Below, piece by piece: positions 9,487 to 19,200 of a DNA stretch of 64,000 bases. The stretch spans positions 2,495 to 66,494 of the forward strand of contig CAXMSJ010000008.1 in assembly GCA_964196305.1 (NCBI GenBank). Direction: 5' to 3'. The position numbers and the translations under genes were made by a program. The stretch is from an uncultured Acidimicrobiia bacterium. GTDB taxonomy: Bacteria > Actinomycetota > Aquicultoria > CAJVYJ01 > JAUVQD01. The notes beneath the pieces are model-generated. The model was not told the origin of the DNA. It saw only the letters and a list, made by a program, of their open reading frames with translations, and did no database searches. The first letter of the stretch is position 1, and each line of letters starts with the position of its first letter.

Positions 9487-10509
9487 CTATGAGAGCCTAC
9501 CAATATCTTTTTCAACTTTCGGGGCAGCACCAAGCACGCCGCTCCAACGAAAAACGTTTGCTCCCCATGTAAAACCAGCTCCGACAGCGGCAGTCACCAC
9601 TATCATCCCCCGCTCCAGGCGCCCACTGGCCACCAGCTCTTGTAGAGCCAACGGTATAGACGCTGTCGAGGTGTTGCCGTACCTATCCAAATTGCCCACG
9701 ATCTTATCCCGGGACAAGCCAAGCCTCTTCGCAGCAGCATCAATGATGCGTTTGTTTGCCTGATGTGGCACACAGAAATCAACATCAGCGACACCTAATC
9801 CAGCCCGCTCCAACGCCCCCTCAATGGCCTCAGGCAGTTTCTGGACAGCGAGTTTAAACACTTCGTTGCCGCGCATCTGAATGGTCTGTGGGCCCTGACC
9901 GCAAGTCGTCCCGGAGCCTCCGGCAGGTATCTTCAGGATATCGCTTTCCAATCCATCGCTGGACAAGAAATGCGAGATGAGACCATGATTATCTTCAGTC
10001 GAACCCAGAACAACAGCCCCAGCGCCATCACCAAACAGAATGCAAGTACCGCGGTCCGTCCAGTCAATCAGCCTAGTCATCGCCTCCGCCCCTATTAACA
10101 GAACCTTCTGGTAGATGCCGGACCTAATCAAACCATCGACCACGGTCAGCCCGTAGACGAAGCCGGCGCAAGCCGCTTGAAGGTCAAAGGCCGGCAGGGC
10201 GCGCAAACCCAGCTTGTTCTGAACCAAACAGGCCGTAGCCGGCCAGATCATTTCCGGTGAGCCCGAGGCCACCACGATCAGGTCTATCTCATCGGACGAC
10301 AACCCGGAATCTTCAATAGCCACAGTAGCCGCCCGAGCGGCCAGATCGGAAACATTCTCTTCATCATCAATGATCCGCCGTTCGCGAATGCCTGTCCGGC
10401 TCACAATCCACTCATCGCTGGTATCTACAAGCTTCTCAAGCTCTTGGTTTTTCATCACGCGATCAGGCACAGCCGTGCCAATGCCTAAGATGTCGGTTGT
10501 CAGTTGCAT
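9487..10509 (-). CDS. fabH: 3-oxoacyl-ACP synthase III (FabH)
   Basis: 340 aa with the Cys-His-Asn triad context (AACAGF, CVPHQAN, GAGFTWG). Confidence 0.9.
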   Translation of the reverse strand: MQLTTDILGIGTAVPDRVMKNQELEKLVDTSDEWIVSRTGIRERRIIDDEENVSDLAARAATVAIEDSGLSSDEIDLIVVASGSPEMIWPATACLVQNKLGLRALPAFDLQAACAGFVYGLTVVDGLIRSGIYQKVLLIGAEAMTRLIDWTDRGTCILFGDGAGAVVLGSTEDNHGLISHFLSSDGLESDILKIPAGGSGTTCGQGPQTIQMRGNEVFKLAVQKLPEAIEGALERAGLGVADVDFCVPHQANKRIIDAAAKRLGLSRDKIVGNLDRYGNTSTASIPLALQELVASGRLERGMIVVTAAVGAGFTWGANVFRWSGVLGAAPKVEKDIGRLS

Positions 10510-10520
10510 GGCCCTCTAGT

Positions 10521-11522
10521 TCAGCCGGCCAGGTCGGTTTCTATCATGTCCAGCAGGCCGCAACGGACTGAGTCGGCAGCATTATTTATGCCATTGGCGA
10601 TAGCCACCGCCGAAGATCGCCCGTGGGCGATTATCACCACTCCCTTGACGCCAAGCAGCGGTGAACCTCCGTAACTCTCCGGGTTCAACTTCGCCTTCAA
10701 TTCCTTGATCTTTGAGAAGAGCAGAGCCGCGCCGATCTTTGCCGGCAGTGAAGCTCCGACCATTTGCTTTATCTCCGCGAAGATCGAGTGGGCCATTCCC
10801 TCCATCAGTTTCAAAGCGATGTTCCCAGTGAAGCCATCACAAACGACAATGTCGACCCGTCCCTCAGGTAGGTCGCGCCCCTCAAGGTTGCCGACGAAGT
10901 GACGCTCAGATCTTTGCAACAGTTCATGGGCCCGCAAGGACAAAGAGTTGCCCTTACTGCTCTCCTCCCCAATGTTGAGCAAGCCGATTGTCGGCTCCGC
11001 GATATCGCGCATTCGCCGCATATAAAGGCTGCCCATACGGGCAAATTCCACCAGGTTCTCAGGCTTACAATCAGCATTTGCGCCGGCGTCTATCAATAAT
11101 GAAAAACCCCGGCGAGTGGGGAACAGCGTGGCGATAGCTGGGCGACCGACAGCCCCCAGGCGCCCCAAGCGGAGCAACCCAACAGCAGCGCAAGCACCCG
11201 TATTCCCAGCTGATATCAGCGCATCGGCCTGTCCGGATTTAACCAGACTAGCGGCTACAACCAGTGACGAATCGACCTTTTTCTTGATCGCCTGCACCGG
11301 ATGATCATGCATGCCTATTATCTCGCTTGCTTGCTCAATCACGACATTATCCGGTCGTTCCGGCAAGTGGGCTTCAATGACATCGGTCTGCCCGACCAGG
11401 ATTATCTGAATAGCCGGATCGGCGGCCGCCATAATCGCGCCCGCAATATTCTCTTTGGGAGCAGCGTCTCCGCCCATGGCGTCAACCGCTATGGTGATGA
11501 TTTTATCGGAGACGATCAGCAA
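10521..11522 (-). CDS. plsX: Phosphate:acyl-ACP acyltransferase PlsX
   Basis: 333 aa with IAVDAMGGD near the N-terminus. TTG start. First gene of the plsX-fab operon. Confidence 0.9.
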   Translation of the reverse strand: MLIVSDKIITIAVDAMGGDAAPKENIAGAIMAAADPAIQIILVGQTDVIEAHLPERPDNVVIEQASEIIGMHDHPVQAIKKKVDSSLVVAASLVKSGQADALISAGNTGACAAVGLLRLGRLGAVGRPAIATLFPTRRGFSLLIDAGANADCKPENLVEFARMGSLYMRRMRDIAEPTIGLLNIGEESSKGNSLSLRAHELLQRSERHFVGNLEGRDLPEGRVDIVVCDGFTGNIALKLMEGMAHSIFAEIKQMVGASLPAKIGAALLFSKIKELKAKLNPESYGGSPLLGVKGVVIIAHGRSSAVAIANGINNAADSVRCGLLDMIETDLAG

Positions 11523-11557
11523 GCCTCGTTATCAGGGGGAAGGACAAACATTGGCTT

Positions 11558-11586
11558 ATCATAGTTTAAGTTCAAAGGTGGGGCAA
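11558..11586 (-). promoter_or_regulatory. Candidate sigma-70 promoter for the plsX-fab operon (-35 TTGCCC, 17 nt spacer, -10 TATGAT)
   Basis: On the minus strand, TTGCCC lies at 11586-11581 and TATGAT at 11563-11558, with a 17 nt spacer, about 35 nt upstream of the plsX start. Confidence 0.35.
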
Positions 11587-11594
11587 CAAGTCGA

Positions 11595-12257
11595 TCAGAA
11601 CAGGCTGGCTCCAGTAATGACCAGCTTGGTAACCTCTCCTTCCTTAACTACATCAGCACCGCTGACAACATTGCTCTCCAGAGTGACCTCCAGCCGAAAG
11701 TCGTTGCGGTTGTCCAGGGCTTGATAGAGGTAGACTTCCAAGTCAGGAGTGAAACCGAGAAACTCCCCCCCAAGTTCATCAAGGCCCGCCGGAAATAAAC
11801 CATTTTCTGAGTAATACGCTGCCAGGGCAACTCGAACTTTTGACGTGTTGGCCTTCCGCGCCACATCCCGCGCGACCACTTCAGGGCGGGGAGCCGGAGC
11901 CAGGCCCATCCCTGAATCAAAATCTTCCGTTGTTCCTGCGGTGGGGTCATACGGGGGCTTTGTAGAGTTCAGGCTGGCTGTATCCCGAGCCTGATAATCC
12001 GGGAAATATGTGCTGAGCTGCATGCTCATAAAGATTATCGGCCCAGCAATGACCGCCACTCCAACTGTTAGGAGAATCAGCACTCGACTGGTGAGCCGCC
12101 GACTGCGAGCGGCCCGTCCAGGCGCGACAGAACGAGCCGCCAAAGCGACATCAATAGCGCTCTCACCGGCCGAAGCAGGCGCCTGGAGGTCGCGACCACA
12201 CTTCAGGCACTGGCTGGCGCCTTGAGGGTTAACAGTTCCACAGCCACTACAATACAT
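11595..12257 (-). CDS. Hypothetical membrane protein with an N-terminal zinc ribbon (CxxC...CxxC), one TM helix and an extracytoplasmic domain
   Basis: 220 aa. The N-terminus MYCSGCGTVNPQGASQCLKCG carries the zinc ribbon, followed by a hydrophobic segment LILLTVGVAVIAGPIIFM. Confidence 0.5.
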   Translation of the reverse strand: MYCSGCGTVNPQGASQCLKCGRDLQAPASAGESAIDVALAARSVAPGRAARSRRLTSRVLILLTVGVAVIAGPIIFMSMQLSTYFPDYQARDTASLNSTKPPYDPTAGTTEDFDSGMGLAPAPRPEVVARDVARKANTSKVRVALAAYYSENGLFPAGLDELGGEFLGFTPDLEVYLYQALDNRNDFRLEVTLESNVVSGADVVKEGEVTKLVITGASLF

Positions 12258-12301
12258 ACGTTATACTTCGACTAACGGCAGGCATCACTTGAAAAACTTC
12301 T

Positions 12302-12901
12302 TTAATTAACTCGAAAACTTGCCAGAGCCCGCTCGACATCGTTCTTCAATTCCGGATAGGCCCTCTGCGGCACCCAGGAGACGACATACAGCACTCGGTC
12401 ATCAACTGGGACGATCATCACTTCCTGTCGGACCAGGCCCTCCTGCGCTTGCTGCGAGGTATACTGATAGCGCAAAGCAGGCTGACCGCTACTGATCGTC
12501 GTGGTTTCCGCCTTATGCTTGACGAAGCCCTCGAACTGGCTGGCCATCGACTCATCGAGCTTTGCCTCCAAAGCTGCCAGCCCGGCCGACGAGACTGCCC
12601 GGCGCTCGATCCGCACACTGAGGACGCCGCCAAGTTCTTGATGCCGAGCGACAAAATCGAACCCCTGGAAGCGATCCAGTTCCGACCCGCTCAGTTGGGC
12701 CCACTCCGGCGGGTACTCAAGAGAATAGCCGGCTGATGGACTGTTGAACAAATTAATGCCGGCGGGTATATCCACCGAGGATCTTATAGTTGGAAAAGCC
12801 GCTACAAAACCGATAATGACTACCGTTGCCAGGCCAATCACCAGCCACTTCCACCCGGGGGTACTCGAACCGATCGTCTCCGGCTCAATTTTGTCACTCA
12901 T
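12302..12901 (-). CDS. Hypothetical membrane-anchored/secreted protein
   Basis: 199 aa with an N-terminal TM/signal anchor (WKWLVIGLATVVIIGFVAAFP). No recognizable catalytic motif. Confidence 0.4.
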   Translation of the reverse strand: MSDKIEPETIGSSTPGWKWLVIGLATVVIIGFVAAFPTIRSSVDIPAGINLFNSPSAGYSLEYPPEWAQLSGSELDRFQGFDFVARHQELGGVLSVRIERRAVSSAGLAALEAKLDESMASQFEGFVKHKAETTTISSGQPALRYQYTSQQAQEGLVRQEVMIVPVDDRVLYVVSWVPQRAYPELKNDVERALASFRVN

Positions 12902-12926
12902 ATTTCCACCCCCGCTGACAACCGGC

Positions 12927-14699
12927 CTACGTAGCCTCTAGAGTTGAGAGATCGCCCACAGGCAGGCCGAGCTCGCGCGCCTTAAGAACCCGGCGCATGA
13001 TCTTGCCGCTCTGCGTCTTGGGAAGCAGATCAACAAACTCGATCTCCCGCGGATAAGCGTGGCCGGCCAGACAGTTCTTAACGTGAGCCCGAATCTCACT
13101 TTCCAGCTCGGACGAGGGCTCCCAATCACCATTCAAGATCACAAAAGCCTTGATAATTTCTCCGCGCATCATGTCCGGCTTGCCAATGACCCCGGCCTCT
13201 GCAACGGCCGGATGGTCGACTAAGGCGCTCTCAACCTCAAAAGGCCCCACCCGCTCCCCGGCGGTCTTAATCACATCATCCGCTCGGCCGATGAACCAAT
13301 AATAGCCGTCGCTGTCCTTGTAAGCTCGATCGCCAGTGTCATACCAACCCTCTTTGAAGTACTCATCATACTTAGCCTGATTGTGCCAGACCGCCCGAAA
13401 CATCGCCGGCCAGCCCGGCTTGATCGCGAGGTGGCCGGGGGTCTCCGGCGGCAATTCCACGCCATTGTCATCAATAATAGCGGCCGTCACTCCGGGAAAC
13501 GGCAGACCCATAGATCCCAGCTTCACCGGTATCGACGGATAGTTCGCAATCAAAATACTCCCAGTCTCCGTCTGCCACCATGTGTCGTGAAATGGCAGTC
13601 CGAACACGTCCAGGCCCCAGCGGATCGCCTCTGGGTTAAGTGGTTCGCCGACGCTGGCCAGATGACGCAGACTCGAAAGGTCGAACTCTGCGGCAGACTC
13701 GCGTCCGGCCTTCATGAGCATCCTGATCGCCGTCGGAGCCGTATACCAGACGCTGACGTCATATTCCTCCACGATTCTGTACCACTCGCGAGGATTGAAT
13801 CGGCCCTCGTAGATGACCGAGGTGGCTCCATTCGACCATGATCCCAAGATCCCATACGCGATCCCGGTCACCCAGCCTGGATCGGCCGTACACCAGTAGA
13901 TGTCGTCATCTTTTAGATCCAGTATCCACTTGGCCGTCAGGTGTTCCTGGACAATTGCCTCGTGAGCGTGGACAACCCCTTTTGATTTACCTGTCGTCCC
14001 CGACGTGTACAACATAAAAGCATAATCTTCGGCTGCCATCACAGCGGGAGTAAAATGATGGTCGGCGTCGGCCATCAGACGAGAGTATAGATGCTCGCGA
14101 TCCTTGGGGCGGTAATCAGTGCCCCGAGAGTCAACGGGGATCACATCCTTCAGGGCCGGCAAATCATCCCTGACGCTCTCGATCCGTCCATAGAACCGCG
14201 GCACCGTAATGACTGCCCGGGCCTCACTGTCACCCAGGCGATCGCGGATGGCGTCCGGACCAAAAGCCGCAAACAAAGTGCCGGCTACCCCGCCCAGTTT
14301 TAATATTGCCAAGAAGGCGATGTACAGTTCGGGAACCCGCGGCAAAAAGATAAAGACCCGCTCCCCCCGCTTGATCCCGATATCCAAAAGAGCATTGGCC
14401 AGCCTGCTGGAGAGCTCTGACAGTTCTCGAAAGGTGTACTTTTCGATCTCCCCGCGCTCACCCTCCCAGTACAGGGCGACCTTGTTTTTTCGCCAACCAA
14501 CGGCATGTCTGTCGACCGCATTATAAGCCGCGTTCAGATGGTCCTCATCAAACCAGTCGATCTCGCGACGGGCCTGCTCCCAAGTGAAGTCGCGCCGCGA
14601 GGCCTCATAGTTGCTTAGGTTCGGCGGAGATGAGAAAAGTTCAGCCGGTTTGTCGATAATCTCAATTTGATCGCTCTCTTTTCGTAATGAAAATGCCAT
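12927..14699 (-). CDS. acsA: Acetyl-CoA synthetase (AMP-forming), Bacillus AcsA type
   Basis: 590 aa, collinear with B. subtilis AcsA. Carries the AMP-binding motif YTSGTTGKSKGV and further conserved motifs (WWQTETG, YDTGD, PKTQSGKIMRR). Confidence 0.9.
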   Translation of the reverse strand: MAFSLRKESDQIEIIDKPAELFSSPPNLSNYEASRRDFTWEQARREIDWFDEDHLNAAYNAVDRHAVGWRKNKVALYWEGERGEIEKYTFRELSELSSRLANALLDIGIKRGERVFIFLPRVPELYIAFLAILKLGGVAGTLFAAFGPDAIRDRLGDSEARAVITVPRFYGRIESVRDDLPALKDVIPVDSRGTDYRPKDREHLYSRLMADADHHFTPAVMAAEDYAFMLYTSGTTGKSKGVVHAHEAIVQEHLTAKWILDLKDDDIYWCTADPGWVTGIAYGILGSWSNGATSVIYEGRFNPREWYRIVEEYDVSVWYTAPTAIRMLMKAGRESAAEFDLSSLRHLASVGEPLNPEAIRWGLDVFGLPFHDTWWQTETGSILIANYPSIPVKLGSMGLPFPGVTAAIIDDNGVELPPETPGHLAIKPGWPAMFRAVWHNQAKYDEYFKEGWYDTGDRAYKDSDGYYWFIGRADDVIKTAGERVGPFEVESALVDHPAVAEAGVIGKPDMMRGEIIKAFVILNGDWEPSSELESEIRAHVKNCLAGHAYPREIEFVDLLPKTQSGKIMRRVLKARELGLPVGDLSTLEAT

Positions 14700-14739
14700 A
14701 AGCTCCTCCCTTGGTGCTTGTGACAGAAAAACAATAGTT

Positions 14740-15801
14740 TCAGTCGAGAATACCGCAGAGGCCCTCGATGTCCAGGTGGTCCCGCATCAACTCGCCGATC
14801 TCATCAAGTTTCACGCTGTCGTGAACCCTTGTTTGGCCAAGCAAACTCTCGGTACGCTCGACCGCGGTCAGCGTGTCGACCTCGACCAATATCACGGGCA
14901 CCCCTTTCGCTGCGGCCACCGACAGCACGGCTGCCGGCGGCGGATAGTTCCCCGTTAATATCAGACAGCTCGTCGGTGTCTCAAGAGCAGCCAACTGAAC
15001 ATCGGCCCTATCTCCACCCGTGATAACCGCTTTTCGCACCTTCTGCCGGAAAAACCTCAGGGCCTGCTCCTGTCCCATGGCGCCGACCATAAAGGTCTCA
15101 ACCATCGCGTCGCCTCTATCTGCACCATACAGAAAGCGACCGCCCAAAGTCTTTGCTAAGACATTGACGCTGACCGCCTGCAGGCTGGCATCTCGCAAAA
15201 TAGCTCCAAAACATGAGATGCCCAGACTAGCGAGAAATGGGGCAACTGTCTCTGAAATAAGCTGGCTCTCGGCCGGACGCACCCAATTGAAAACCACGCC
15301 CACCAGGCGATCGCCAAGTCGGTCGTGAGTCACCAGGATGTCGTCGACTGTCTCATATATATTCTCCCCCTTGGCTACCAAGATCGCCCCAGCTTCAAGA
15401 TCCTCAATGATCTCCAGGACAGCCGCTCCGTGGAGACGCCCATCATTCAAGCGTCCAGGGCCTTCGATGATGACAGGCCCACCAGAGGCCTGCACGGCCT
15501 CATAAGCTATCTTGATCCCATCTACAGCCCCGCTGGCACCACCGCGGAGCCGGTCAAGCGTGGCCGAGGCTGTCAGCACCAGAGGACAGAGGTATTCAAG
15601 CGGAGCCTTAAGCTCAAGAGCCTCTTTGGCGTATACCGCGTCCTGGTCGCAGATGATCGAATCTATGGGGACAGGCAGGTTGCCGACCGGTTTAAAATAT
15701 ACCGCCCCTCGACCACGGAGTCGCAATTCTTTGATCAAGTTAATGACCAGCCCTGTCTTCCCGGAATACGGCTGTGTCGAGACGAACATCAAGTTTTTCA
15801 T
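14740..15801 (-). CDS. Stand-alone Pta N-terminal-like protein (BioD-like P-loop fold plus DRTGG domain)
   Basis: 353 aa with a P-loop-like N-terminus (QPYSGKTG) and a C-terminal DRTGG-type motif (ITGGDRAD...ILTGN). It has no PTA_PTB catalytic domain. Confidence 0.65.
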   Translation of the reverse strand: MKNLMFVSTQPYSGKTGLVINLIKELRLRGRGAVYFKPVGNLPVPIDSIICDQDAVYAKEALELKAPLEYLCPLVLTASATLDRLRGGASGAVDGIKIAYEAVQASGGPVIIEGPGRLNDGRLHGAAVLEIIEDLEAGAILVAKGENIYETVDDILVTHDRLGDRLVGVVFNWVRPAESQLISETVAPFLASLGISCFGAILRDASLQAVSVNVLAKTLGGRFLYGADRGDAMVETFMVGAMGQEQALRFFRQKVRKAVITGGDRADVQLAALETPTSCLILTGNYPPPAAVLSVAAAKGVPVILVEVDTLTAVERTESLLGQTRVHDSVKLDEIGELMRDHLDIEGLCGILD

Positions 15802-17903
15802 GACTTTGCCTCCAATAGGATTCTGACATCGGCAGCGACCACGCCGGCGCCGGCCGGCAAGACTATCAACGGATTAATGTCCAACTCAACGATCCGTGGT
15901 TCATCAACAACCAACTGAGAGAGACGCTCTAACGCCTCGATAACCGCTGGTGTGTCCGCCGGAGCTTCCCCTCGGACGCCCTCTAATAGTGCCCGCGAGT
16001 GGATATCTTGAACCATATCGACCGCGTCCGTATGGGTCAATGGCGCCAGCCTAAAAGAGATGTCTTTGAGGACCTCGACGTATATTCCCCCCAAGCCAAA
16101 CATCATCAGCGGCCCAAACTGCGGATCACGATTCATCCCGGTGATCATCTCTTTTCCAGCAGCGACCATCTCCTGGACAACCACCCCTTCGATCTCCGCC
16201 TCGGGCATGTAACGCTCGACATTAGTTAACAATTGTCGGTAGGCCCGTCTTAACGCTTGGTCATTCTCTAGTCCGACCGCGACGGCCCCAACGTCTGTCT
16301 TGTGTAGAACATCGGGCGAGCTGACCTTCAGGACCACGGGATAACCAATCTCAGCAGCCAAAGCAAGAGCTTCCCGCTGATTGTGGGCCATGGCGCTTTT
16401 CGGTGTCCTAATCCCATAAGCCTTGATGACCGAGAGTGCTTCAACATCGACAATGTAGCGCTGCGCCTCGATCCCCTCAATGATCCGCCTAACTGGTTTT
16501 CTGTCTACTCGGTGGTAAGCCGGAGCCTCAAGCGGACGTGAGCGGATCTCGGAATAGCGGACCATGGCATCAACGATAGAAACGGCCCGTTCCGGGAAGT
16601 ATAAGTTAGGGATCGAATCCGAACGGAGCACAGCAGTCCCCTCGTCTATCCGAGATTTCCCCATAAAAGCCGCGAAAACCGGCTTGTGTTTGGCAGAGGC
16701 AGCCGCCTCAATCAGCTCCCGGGCAGTTTCTGCAATCTCCGTCATCGCCTGGGGAGTCAAGATCACAACCGCAGAATCCACATTGGGATCGCCAAGTACG
16801 GCCTTGAGCGCCACTCCATAGCGATCTGCCAGAGCATCCCCTAAGATATCAACTGGATTATAAACGCTGGCAGCGGCCGGCAGCGCCTGACGGAGTGAAT
16901 CCAATGTTTCCGAAGCGAAATCCGCCAGCCACAAGCCCCGGCGCTCACTCTCATCAGCAGCCAAGATACCTGGACCGCCGGCATTGGTCACAATAGCCAA
17001 CCGCCGACCTTGAGGGATCGGCTGATAGCTAAAACCGAGAGCGTAATCAAAAAGGTCCTGCACTGAGCCGGCCCGAAGAATACCGCTTTGATGAAAAGCC
17101 GCCTGGTAGACACTTTCCGAGCCGGCTAAAGTGCCCGTATGTGAGGAGACGGCCCGCGCGCCGACATTGGTGGTGCCGGACTTCAAGGCCACCACCGGCT
17201 TTTTGCGAGCGGCACGAGCAGCAGCGTTCATAAACTCCCGACCGTCGGCGATGCCCTCAATGTACATCGTGATGACCTTGGTTTCGGAGTCTGCCGCCAG
17301 CCACGGCAGCAGATCTACCTCGCTGATGTCGGCCTTGTTACCCAAACTAACGAACTTTGAGAAACCGACACCCTCTCCTTCAGCCCAATCCAGGATGGAC
17401 GTACAGAGCGCCCCAGACTGCGACATGAATGCAACGCCACCGGCAAGCGGAAGATCTCCGGCAAACGAAGCGTTCAGACCGGAGGAAGTATCTATAATCC
17501 CGAGGCAGTTCGGACCGATGAGCCTGATACCCAGCCCACTGGCCGTAGCGACCAGCTCGTCCTCAAGTTGCGCGCCTTTGGGGCCGGTTTCCTTAAAGCC
17601 GGCTGAAATAACCACCGCCGCTCTAACCCCAACGCGAGCTCCATCCTCCAGCGCCCGCTGTACGTAGCGCGCGGGAATGGCAATCACCATCAAGTCTACC
17701 GGGGCCTGGATATCGCCTAAAGAGGCGTAGGCACGACATCCACCTATTTCGGTCGCACTCGAATTGACCGGGTAAACCGGCCCCCTGAAGGTTCTGGAAA
17801 GATTGTCGAAAACGACCCGGCCCACTTTTTCTGACTCACGAGCCGCCCCGACAACCGCCACGGAACGCGGCTGAAAGAGTGAGTTTAAATCTAATTCAGC
17901 GAT
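15798..17903 (-). CDS. Acetyl-CoA synthetase (ADP-forming), fused alpha/beta (NDP-forming acyl-CoA synthetase); the 5' end likely uses a non-canonical ATC start
   Basis: CoA-binding N-terminus (SVAVVGAARESEKVG) followed by succinyl-CoA-synthetase-like and ATP-grasp domains. The first canonical start is GTG at 17861, but the conserved LNSLFQPRSVAVVGA is encoded upstream, in frame with the rpmF stop. The only candidate start is ATC at 17903. Confidence 0.8.
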   Translation of the reverse strand: MAELDLNSLFQPRSVAVVGAARESEKVGRVVFDNLSRTFRGPVYPVNSSATEIGGCRAYASLGDIQAPVDLMVIAIPARYVQRALEDGARVGVRAAVVISAGFKETGPKGAQLEDELVATASGLGIRLIGPNCLGIIDTSSGLNASFAGDLPLAGGVAFMSQSGALCTSILDWAEGEGVGFSKFVSLGNKADISEVDLLPWLAADSETKVITMYIEGIADGREFMNAAARAARKKPVVALKSGTTNVGARAVSSHTGTLAGSESVYQAAFHQSGILRAGSVQDLFDYALGFSYQPIPQGRRLAIVTNAGGPGILAADESERRGLWLADFASETLDSLRQALPAAASVYNPVDILGDALADRYGVALKAVLGDPNVDSAVVILTPQAMTEIAETARELIEAAASAKHKPVFAAFMGKSRIDEGTAVLRSDSIPNLYFPERAVSIVDAMVRYSEIRSRPLEAPAYHRVDRKPVRRIIEGIEAQRYIVDVEALSVIKAYGIRTPKSAMAHNQREALALAAEIGYPVVLKVSSPDVLHKTDVGAVAVGLENDQALRRAYRQLLTNVERYMPEAEIEGVVVQEMVAAGKEMITGMNRDPQFGPLMMFGLGGIYVEVLKDISFRLAPLTHTDAVDMVQDIHSRALLEGVRGEAPADTPAVIEALERLSQLVVDEPRIVELDINPLIVLPAGAGVVAADVRILLEAKS

Positions 17904-17915
17904 TGTTCCCGAGAA

Positions 17916-18095
17916 CTACTCGGTCTCAAGCACTCCGCGTCCGTCGTAAGTCCCGCACGTCGGGCAGACATGATGCGGCCGCTTTGGCTCATGACACTGC
18001 GGACATTCGTTAATCGTCGGAGCTACCGTCGCCTTCCAGTTGGCTTTGCGACTCCTCGTTCGACACTTCGAGCTTTTTCTTTTTGGTACGGCCAT
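17916..18095 (-). CDS. rpmF: 50S ribosomal protein L32
   Basis: MAVPKRKSSK N-terminus and a C-terminal CxxC...CxxC. RBS AAGGAGAGAAT lies before the ATG at 18095. Confidence 0.9.
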   Translation of the reverse strand: MAVPKRKSSKCRTRSRKANWKATVAPTINECPQCHEPKRPHHVCPTCGTYDGRGVLETE

Positions 18096-18154
18096 ATTCT
18101 CTCCTTGGCAGACCCGTTGATTACGGGTCAATAATTCATTCTAAAAGCAAACGC

Positions 18155-18183
18155 ATTATATATAAGTCCTGATGAGCAGGCAA
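18155..18183 (-). promoter_or_regulatory. Candidate sigma-70 promoter for rpmF (-35 TTGCCT, 17 nt spacer, -10 TATAAT)
   Basis: On the minus strand, TTGCCT lies at 18183-18178 and a perfect TATAAT at 18160-18155 (17 nt spacer). The leader contains a GACCCG/CGGGTC hairpin. Confidence 0.45.
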
Positions 18184-18201
18184 CCCCAGGCCGACTAGCT
18201 G

Positions 18202-19200
18202 CTAAAGCTTGGCAGCAATCGCTGCCCCCATCTCCCGCGTACCAACTGTACCACCTAGATCGTATGTCGTCTGTCGACCTTCAGCAATTACCGTCGACAC
18301 GGCCGCCTCGACTCGATCCGCGGCTTCGAACTCACCGATATGCTTAAGCATCAAGGCAGCCGACAAAATAAGGGCGGTGGGATTAACTTTGTTCTTTCCT
18401 GCAAAACCGGGAGCGCTACCATGCGTCGGCTCAAAAACAGCTACATCGTTGCCGATATTGGCTCCGGGTGCCACTCCCAAGCCCCCGACCAGGCCGGCGC
18501 ATAAATCAGACACAATATCACCGTAAAGATTCGGCAGAACCATTATGTCATATTCCTCAGGATGCTGAACTAACTGCATGCACATATTATCAACTATCCG
18601 ATCTTCGAATTCCACCTCTGGATAGAGTGCCGCTTCCTGCCCGCAGGCCTCAAGAAAGAGACCGTCGGAACACTTCATGATGTTCGCCTTATGGACGGCC
18701 GTCACTTTATTGCGCCCTTCCTTCTTGGCGTATTCAAACGCAAACTTGGCGATCCGCCGGGAGGCAGACCGGGTAATGCGCTTGATACTCTCACCCGTGT
18801 CGGCATCGATCATGCTCTCGATCCCGGCATAGAGGTCTTCTGTGTTTTCCCTGACCACCACGAGATCGATATCATCGTACCTAGAAACGACCCCATTGTA
18901 GGAGCGACAAGGGCGCAAACAGGCATAAAGGTCCAGCTCCTTACGGAGCGCCACGTTGACGCTGCGAAAACCGGTCCCTACCGGAGTGGTAATCGGACCC
19001 TTAATGGCTACTTTATTACGCCGGATGGACTCAAGAACCGGTTCAGGCAGCGGGGTGCCAAACTCGTCCATCACTCCGGCCCCAGCCATCTGCACTTCCC
19101 ATTCAATGTCAACGCCCGTGGCATCAACCACTGTCCGCATGGCTTCGGATATCTCCGGACCGATCCCATCTCCGGGAAGCATGGTGATCTTATGTGTCAT
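18202..19200 (-). CDS. leuB: 3-isopropylmalate dehydrogenase (short archaeal/Thermus-type beta-decarboxylating dehydrogenase; IPMDH/ICDH/HICDH family)
   Basis: 332 aa isocitrate/isopropylmalate dehydrogenase family protein. It is the last gene of the leuA-leuC-leuD cluster. Confidence 0.7.
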   Translation of the reverse strand: MTHKITMLPGDGIGPEISEAMRTVVDATGVDIEWEVQMAGAGVMDEFGTPLPEPVLESIRRNKVAIKGPITTPVGTGFRSVNVALRKELDLYACLRPCRSYNGVVSRYDDIDLVVVRENTEDLYAGIESMIDADTGESIKRITRSASRRIAKFAFEYAKKEGRNKVTAVHKANIMKCSDGLFLEACGQEAALYPEVEFEDRIVDNMCMQLVQHPEEYDIMVLPNLYGDIVSDLCAGLVGGLGVAPGANIGNDVAVFEPTHGSAPGFAGKNKVNPTALILSAALMLKHIGEFEAADRVEAAVSTVIAEGRQTTYDLGGTVGTREMGAAIAAKL

